A DNA stretch of 32,000 nucleotides from Patescibacteria group bacterium (lineage in GTDB: Bacteria; Patescibacteriota; UBA1384; XYA2-FULL-43-10). Every line of letters starts with the position of its first letter. The stretch's first letter is position 1. This document shows positions 27,182-32,000 of this stretch, piece by piece. A program made the position numbers and the translations under genes. The stretch covers positions 60,001-92,000 of the forward strand of contig JBAYVT010000001.1 of assembly GCA_041674405.1 (NCBI GenBank). The letters are read 5' to 3'. The notes under the pieces were generated by a model. That model was not told the DNA's origin. It was given only the letters and a program-made list of their open reading frames with translations, and did not search any database.

Positions 27182-28184
27182 CGGTTTCGAGAGTTTTTTT
27201 AATGGTTGGCCATTCGGCGACAATAACAGCTATCGATGCTGAAATTGGTACGGCAAGCATCGCCCCGGCTATGCCCAGAAGACGCGCGCCAATCAAAATA
27301 GCAATGATAATAATAACCGGAGACAAGCCGACAGCCTTTTTCATGATGTTCGGCACCAGAATATTGTTTTCAAGCTGCTGAACAAGAATAAACAATGCTA
27401 CAACAATAAGTGCCATTATTGGAGAAACGGTGAGCGCAACAAGTGCAGCAATTATCCCGGCAATTATTGGTCCGATAAGTGGAACTATTTCTAAAACCGC
27501 TGCAATTACGGCTAGTGTTAAGGCATATGGAACACCAATTATAAGAAGCCCGATCAAATCCATAAGGCCGACAATCAAGCCAAGGAGCAACTGGCCGCGA
27601 AACCATGCGCCGACCTTGTCCGAAACTTTTCTGATAACAGCAATAATCCGATCGCGATATTCAGAAGGAATCAGATAGAGCGCTAATTTTCTTGGGGCAT
27701 GAGCATCCAGAAGCAAATAGACAAAAAGCACTATTGCGGTAATAAAAGTAACAACACCGCCAAAAATGCTTGCGGTAAGCGATACAAAGCCGGAAGACAA
27801 CCCGCCAACTCCCCGTGTAATTGCGTCTAGGTTGTTTTGGATAATTGGCGCGTATTGTTTAAGATACGAGTATTTGCCTAGATTCGCCGGTAGATGAAAA
27901 GCGAATTGTGAGGTTTCAGAAACAAGTGGCGGAATTATCAAATAAATAATAGCCGAAATAATTGCAACAATGATTAGAAGCATTGCGATGACTGCAGGAA
28001 TCCTGCGGATTTTTTTGGCCCACCTATTTACTACCGGTGCAAAAATGGCGTAAAGAAGTAAAACAACAAAAATCAAGGCAATAATATCTTTGATTAGATA
28101 CAGAAGATATATGGCCAGTATTGCCAAAGCTATTTTAACTATGGCCCAGATATCGATATCAACTTCTACTTTAGCTGGCTTCAT
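27165..28184 (-). CDS. AI-2E family transporter (UPF0118/PerM-like permease)
   Basis: 339 aa, ~8 hydrophobic helices, LEIVPLIGPIIAG-type motif typical of the family. Confidence 0.75.
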   Translation of the reverse strand: MKPAKVEVDIDIWAIVKIALAILAIYLLYLIKDIIALIFVVLLLYAIFAPVVNRWAKKIRRIPAVIAMLLIIVAIISAIIYLIIPPLVSETSQFAFHLPANLGKYSYLKQYAPIIQNNLDAITRGVGGLSSGFVSLTASIFGGVVTFITAIVLFVYLLLDAHAPRKLALYLIPSEYRDRIIAVIRKVSDKVGAWFRGQLLLGLIVGLMDLIGLLIIGVPYALTLAVIAAVLEIVPLIGPIIAGIIAALVALTVSPIMALIVVALFILVQQLENNILVPNIMKKAVGLSPVIIIIAILIGARLLGIAGAMLAVPISASIAVIVAEWPTIKKTLETDAGKN

Positions 28185-28235
28185 CTACCCGCCTTTCATA
28201 ATTATTTTTAGCAAAAGATGCGGACTTCCTAAAAA

Positions 28236-28877
28236 TTAATTAATTACTTTCCCATGCTTAAATTCTATTTGCCCCCCAGCCGGAATAGTAATATTATCCT
28301 TCTTATCCACGCTTATTTTAACATTTTTTCCGGATATCTGCTCGACTATTCCCCCTTTTCTATTTAAGGCCGATTCTAAAACGCTGGAGTTTCCAAGGGC
28401 AAGTATTGTAACCGGAGAAGAATAATTGGAGGCGGAGATAAACGTATTTGTACCAATCCTGTGCCCATTTATACTGATCGCAGTTGCGCCGATGTTTTTA
28501 AGGGCATCGATAAGATCTACAAAATTTGCCGTCGTTAATTCTCCTGTAATCGCGATCATCACTCCCTGGCCGACTGATGGCGAAATGCCGACAATTTCTT
28601 CCAATAATTTAGACTCGCCCAACAATTTTTTCTTAGTTTCCGATTTATCGTCAGATGTCTTTAGATAATTATTGTAATTGTTGGTAAGTTCGTTGATTTG
28701 AGATTTCAATGACGCATTATTTTTCGCAACTTGTTCTATCTCTAACGCCATGACGGCATTTGTTTCGGGCTGTGTAAGCACATTAACTTTTTTACTGGCA
28801 AAATACTGAGTAATAATTCCAAAACCCAGAAGGAAACAAATTGCGCTAATAATGATGTAATCGGAGCGTTTGAACAT
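28236..28877 (-). CDS. DUF881-domain membrane-anchored protein
   Basis: N-terminal TM, coiled-coil, then GQGVMIAITG...LIDALKNIGATAISINGHRI. I chose ATG 28877 after an AAGGA SD; the track start at 28949 overlaps the upstream gene. Confidence 0.75.
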   Translation of the reverse strand: MFKRSDYIIISAICFLLGFGIITQYFASKKVNVLTQPETNAVMALEIEQVAKNNASLKSQINELTNNYNNYLKTSDDKSETKKKLLGESKLLEEIVGISPSVGQGVMIAITGELTTANFVDLIDALKNIGATAISINGHRIGTNTFISASNYSSPVTILALGNSSVLESALNRKGGIVEQISGKNVKISVDKKDNITIPAGGQIEFKHGKVIN

Positions 28878-28884
28878 TCTATCC

Positions 28885-29604
28885 TTACGATGCCATGCCG
28901 GGCAGCGTTCCTGAAAAAGCCGGCAGAATGATATTGGTATTTTTCTCAACGTAAAACTTCAACCCGAAATTTTTTACTCTCTTGTGCAGGTCAGCTAAAA
29001 TATTCTGGTCCTGCAAGCGATCATACATTATGCCTTGGTCTCCGATGACTTCGATTTTGAATGGATTGGAAATTTTTGCATCGTTAATAAGAATGGTATT
29101 TACAATGCAATCAATTGAAGTAGAAGAAACAACTCTTTCCCCATTTACAGAAATCCCTTCTGCTGTTGATCCCCAAAGAAGATTTATAATATCGCGCAAA
29201 TCGGCGGCATGCACTATTGAATCATCCGAAACTGGCCCCGTCGTAGAATCATCAAGGGTAATAATGATTCCTGGCCCATTGAGTTTGGTCAACCCCGCTT
29301 GTTCTCGTTTTTGATTTAAAACTAATGTCTCTTGTGGAGCAAGAGAGCTTTCTGCAAGATTGCTTGATAAATTGTTAACTTTGCCTTGTAGGTCGGCAAC
29401 CTCATTTTTGAGATTAGCCTGTTCGGAATAAAGAAGATCTTTGGTATCTTTAAGGCTCAAATACGGCGCAACAGAATTTGTCACCCGGGTTGGCAGAACT
29501 TTGGATTGAAGAATAATCAACATCCCGATGATTATGCCGATGAGCGCATACAACGATCGGTTTATCAATGTCTTTGTCTTTTTAAAATCAATCTTTTTGG
29601 GCAT
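28885..29604 (-). CDS. DUF881-domain membrane-anchored protein (paralog)
   Basis: TM, coiled-coil, GPGIIITLDD...LRDIINLLWGSTAEGISVNGERV. Confidence 0.75.
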   Translation of the reverse strand: MPKKIDFKKTKTLINRSLYALIGIIIGMLIILQSKVLPTRVTNSVAPYLSLKDTKDLLYSEQANLKNEVADLQGKVNNLSSNLAESSLAPQETLVLNQKREQAGLTKLNGPGIIITLDDSTTGPVSDDSIVHAADLRDIINLLWGSTAEGISVNGERVVSSTSIDCIVNTILINDAKISNPFKIEVIGDQGIMYDRLQDQNILADLHKRVKNFGLKFYVEKNTNIILPAFSGTLPGMAS

Positions 29605-29656
29605 GAAATTTAACTAATAACTAAAATCTAATAACAAATAACCAAAGGAATAACCC
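29605..29656. repeat. AU-rich element, copy III (upstream of the DUF881 gene)
   Basis: aactaataactaaaatctaataacaaataaccaaaggaataac. It has the same ctaataac repeats as copies I and II, but the ccaaagg motif is inverted relative to them. Confidence 0.6.
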
Positions 29657-29690
29657 AGATATTTTTGATTTTTGAGTTTTGAATTATTAA

Positions 29691-29766
29691 TGGTACCCCC
29701 AGTAGGATTTGCACCTACGACCTTTCCCTTAGGACGGGACTGCTCTATCTACTGAGCTATGGGGGC
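29691..29766 (-). tRNA. tRNA-Arg (anticodon CCU), CCA encoded
   Basis: Hand-folded cloverleaf: GCCCCCA / GCTC-AGTAGATA-GAGC / anticodon loop GTCCTAA / GTAGG-TGCAAAT-CCTAC / TGGGGGT-A-CCA. It has a G1-U72 wobble and a G27-A43 mismatch. Confidence 0.85.
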
Positions 29767-29954
29767 TTGCTACTGGCGGACAGGTATCCACTGAGACCCA
29801 ACGGGTAGCCTTTGGCTCTTTGGCTTGGGTCTACGCGGACGGATGAATAATTACAGCCTGGATTTTAGCACAATTTTCAGGTATATTAAAGGCTGTCTTA
29901 ATACATTTTGATTTTTGAATTTTAATTTTTGAGTCTCCGCCAGTTGGCGGATTT

Positions 29955-30031
29955 CGGGGTGTAGCGCAGCCTGGTAGCGCGCATCGTTCGGGACGATGAG
30001 GCCCGCGGTTCAAATCCGCGCACCCCGACCA
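29955..30031 (+). tRNA. tRNA-Pro (anticodon CGG), CCA encoded
   Basis: CGGGGTG / GCGC-AGCCTGGTA-GCGC / CATCG-TTCGGGA-CGATG / CGCGG-TTCAAAT-CCGCG / CACCCCG-A-CCA. Confidence 0.9.
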
Positions 30032-30064
30032 TAGTATTTAATCAACCATTTAATATATTCCTAT

Positions 30065-30099
30065 ATAAACTTCAACGCCTCCCGCATGCAACACGGGAG
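30065..30099. terminator. G+C-rich hairpin between tRNA-Pro and the purL 3' end
   Basis: AACGCCUCCCG-catgcaaca-CGGGAGGCGUU then UUUUU on the plus strand (terminates tRNA-Pro). It lies ~37 nt after the purL stop on the minus strand. Confidence 0.65.
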
Positions 30100-30131
30100 G
30101 CGTTTTTTGTTCTGTTTTCCCTCCTTCTGGG

Positions 30132-32000
30132 CTATCTCGGGTGCTCCATGCACCAGGTGTACATGTTCTGGATGGCGGTCAGCCAGGGGCTGGCCTTGAG
30201 TCGTTTCCAGCTATCGGGCATCCAGGGCAGCTGCCAGAGCTGCCAGAGCCGCTCGATGTGCGGCATGGTGATGACGTGGCGACCATCCGGCGTGCAGAGA
30301 CCGGCGATGCCGTAGGGGCTTCCGTTCGGGTTGAACGGATAATCCATAGTGGCCTCGCCGTCTGGCCCGACATAGGTCATCGGGACCAGGTTGTTCGTGC
30401 GGATCCAGTCCAGCACGCTTTGGTCGTGGCAGTAGAGCCGGCCTTCGCCGTGCGCTACGATGATGCCGAGGATCGAGTTCTCCATGCCCTTGAACATAAT
30501 GGCGGGAGATTGCCCAACCTTGACCGTCACGTAGCGCGACTCGAACATCCCGGACTCGTTCTTAAGGAAGCGTGGCCTACGCTCAAGAGGCAGGGACTGG
30601 TCGGGAGCGATCCCAAGCAGGGCAGCAGTCTGCGTTCCGTTGCAGGCGTGGTAGCTCAGAGTATCTTTCCGCTCGAAGAAGAATCTGCGGTACTGCTCCC
30701 ACGCCAGAGGGTTCTCCTCGATTGATGCAGCCCAGCCCACTCCCGACTCCATTGGCTCGTCCTGGTAGGAAAAGCCGCCGACCTCGGCCGCGACTCGAAA
30801 GTCGTCGAGCGTTGACCGACCGTCTATGAAGTCAGTCGTCATAAGGTCGTAGGGATCGAAACCGGCCTGGTAAAACATCCCCGCCATCTCGCGATCGCCG
30901 TTGCTGCCCGGTGCGCGAATGATGGCTACCTTAGGCCGGTCATTTCTCCGCAGTATTTTGGCTGACGTCGGTCGGGGGACAAACGTCAGCATGTACGGCG
31001 GAGGCACGAGCAGAGTCGGAATGGTATTGCGCTCTTGCTCGATGCACTTGGGGTTGGTGTCAATGGCGTCGAGCTGGAACGAGGTCTCCATCCAGGCTTG
31101 GCGCAGATTGACCATCGGTGACCGGTGGACAATCTTGCCATTGTGTTTGACCTGAATTTGTGGAGATTTCGAACGCTTGACGCCGGCGATCACGTTGGCT
31201 TTCAGGCCGGAAGCTCGGTAGTGTTTGACCACTTGCCGCGCGTCCTTCGCCCTGCAGCCAATGACGACTCCCGGAACCTCCGAGAAGTAGTGCCGAAGCC
31301 AGCCGAAGCGGCCTGCACTCGCAATCTCGAGGCCGACGCCGGAGACGAAGGCCGTCTCGAGCAGGGTGGTGATCAGTCCGCCATCACTGATATCGTGCAG
31401 CATCCTGATCTCTCCAGACTCGAGTAGATTCTGAGTCGTTTCGAAGTAGCTGATCACTCGCTCGATGTTGACGTCCGCGCAATCGTCGCCCGTCTGGCCG
31501 TAAACCTGCGAAAGCGCGCTTGCGCCGAGAGGCTTGTAGTCCGGCGACAGGTCGACATGAATCAGAGTGTCAACATCGTCCTCGATCACCGGAGTGACCT
31601 TGACAGTGATGTCGGGCATCTGTGCCGCTAGAGTGACGAATATGGTTACCGGCCACTTGACCTTGGTAACCTCGCCGGCTGGGCTCTGTGCCAGGTTGTT
31701 GCCAGAGCTGGAGTCCTTGCCGCCTAGCTGGCGCATGCCGATCTGGATTTGTGCTTCAGCCAGGGCACTGGCGGTCTCTTCGATGATCACGCCCTCGCCG
31801 GGCGCTTTTGCATCGGAGAACCAGTTGATCTCGCAGTTCACGTCACCCAGGTTGGTGATCTTTGCCCCGGAGATGCTGATCAGAGCCTCGGCCAGAGTCA
31901 TTCTCGCCGTTGCACCGCCGGAAATGAGGCCGAGGTGCGGGCGGACAGCCGACGCCATGACGGTGCCGACCGTGTCGAGGAAGCTGTTGGCCATGATCCA
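30132..32000 (-). CDS. purL: Phosphoribosylformylglycinamidine (FGAM) synthase, large single-chain form, C-terminal ~620 aa; N-terminus off-window; G+C-rich
   Basis: Glutaminase domain motifs VAIIRAPGSNGDREM, ACNG, AHGEGR, NPNGSPYGIAGLCTPDGRHVITMPHIER. The frame stays open to base 32000. Confidence 0.85.
   Translation of the reverse strand, partial: WIMANSFLDTVGTVMASAVRPHLGLISGGATARMTLAEALISISGAKITNLGDVNCEINWFSDAKAPGEGVIIEETASALAEAQIQIGMRQLGGKDSSSGNNLAQSPAGEVTKVKWPVTIFVTLAAQMPDITVKVTPVIEDDVDTLIHVDLSPDYKPLGASALSQVYGQTGDDCADVNIERVISYFETTQNLLESGEIRMLHDISDGGLITTLLETAFVSGVGLEIASAGRFGWLRHYFSEVPGVVIGCRAKDARQVVKHYRASGLKANVIAGVKRSKSPQIQVKHNGKIVHRSPMVNLRQAWMETSFQLDAIDTNPKCIEQERNTIPTLLVPPPYMLTFVPRPTSAKILRRNDRPKVAIIRAPGSNGDREMAGMFYQAGFDPYDLMTTDFIDGRSTLDDFRVAAEVGGFSYQDEPMESGVGWAASIEENPLAWEQYRRFFFERKDTLSYHACNGTQTAALLGIAPDQSLPLERRPRFLKNESGMFESRYVTVKVGQSPAIMFKGMENSILGIIVAHGEGRLYCHDQSVLDWIRTNNLVPMTYVGPDGEATMDYPFNPNGSPYGIAGLCTPDGRHVITMPHIERLWQLWQLPWMPDSWKRLKASPWLTAIQNMYTWCMEHPR

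Overview
The window is the minus-strand core-gene backbone of an AT-rich, streamlined bacterium. Gene set, lysine-rich ribosomal-protein tails and composition look Patescibacteria/CPR-like, but I cannot verify taxonomy here. From high to low coordinates the backbone is: purL fragment, tRNA-Pro and tRNA-Arg, two DUF881 genes, an AI-2E permease, smpB, rpoB, rpoC, rpsL, rpsG, an accessory island, fusA, tuf, then rpsJ through rplF (complete S10/spc order). Three things are not ordinary.

(1) A ~6.6 kb accessory island (11427-18058) splits the normally contiguous rpsG-fusA junction. It is bounded by a bidirectional terminator on one side and a new fusA promoter on the other.

(2) The island looks like one self-contained regulated module, and it is my best candidate for an undescribed system. 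A PaaX-like (wHTH + Cas2-like fold) regulator sits with three copies of a 38-bp nested-palindrome repeat. The repeats lie in front of two paralogous small Cys-rich proteins, a structured GNRA-hairpin leader with competing terminator and antiterminator hairpins, an orphan G+C-rich promoter-to-terminator unit that does not look coding, and a G+C-rich methyltransferase + M48 peptidase pair. The leader heads a possible operon encoding the first Cys-rich protein (ZnA), an alpha/beta hydrolase, a CYTH protein, a pyrophosphatase-like protein and a 2-TM protein.

(3) G+C-rich (~60%) segments are embedded in ~35-40% G+C DNA, including a purL fragment starting right after tRNA-Pro.

Smaller signals are also reported: a conserved AGUUAUUAG motif 9-10 nt upstream of three SD-less start codons, several tandem repeats in operon spacers, a Cys4 form of L24, and long r-protein and RpoB tails. 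I saw no CRISPR array, transposase, integrase or reverse transcriptase. All functional calls come from reading the translated ORFs and motifs by eye, with no database search.
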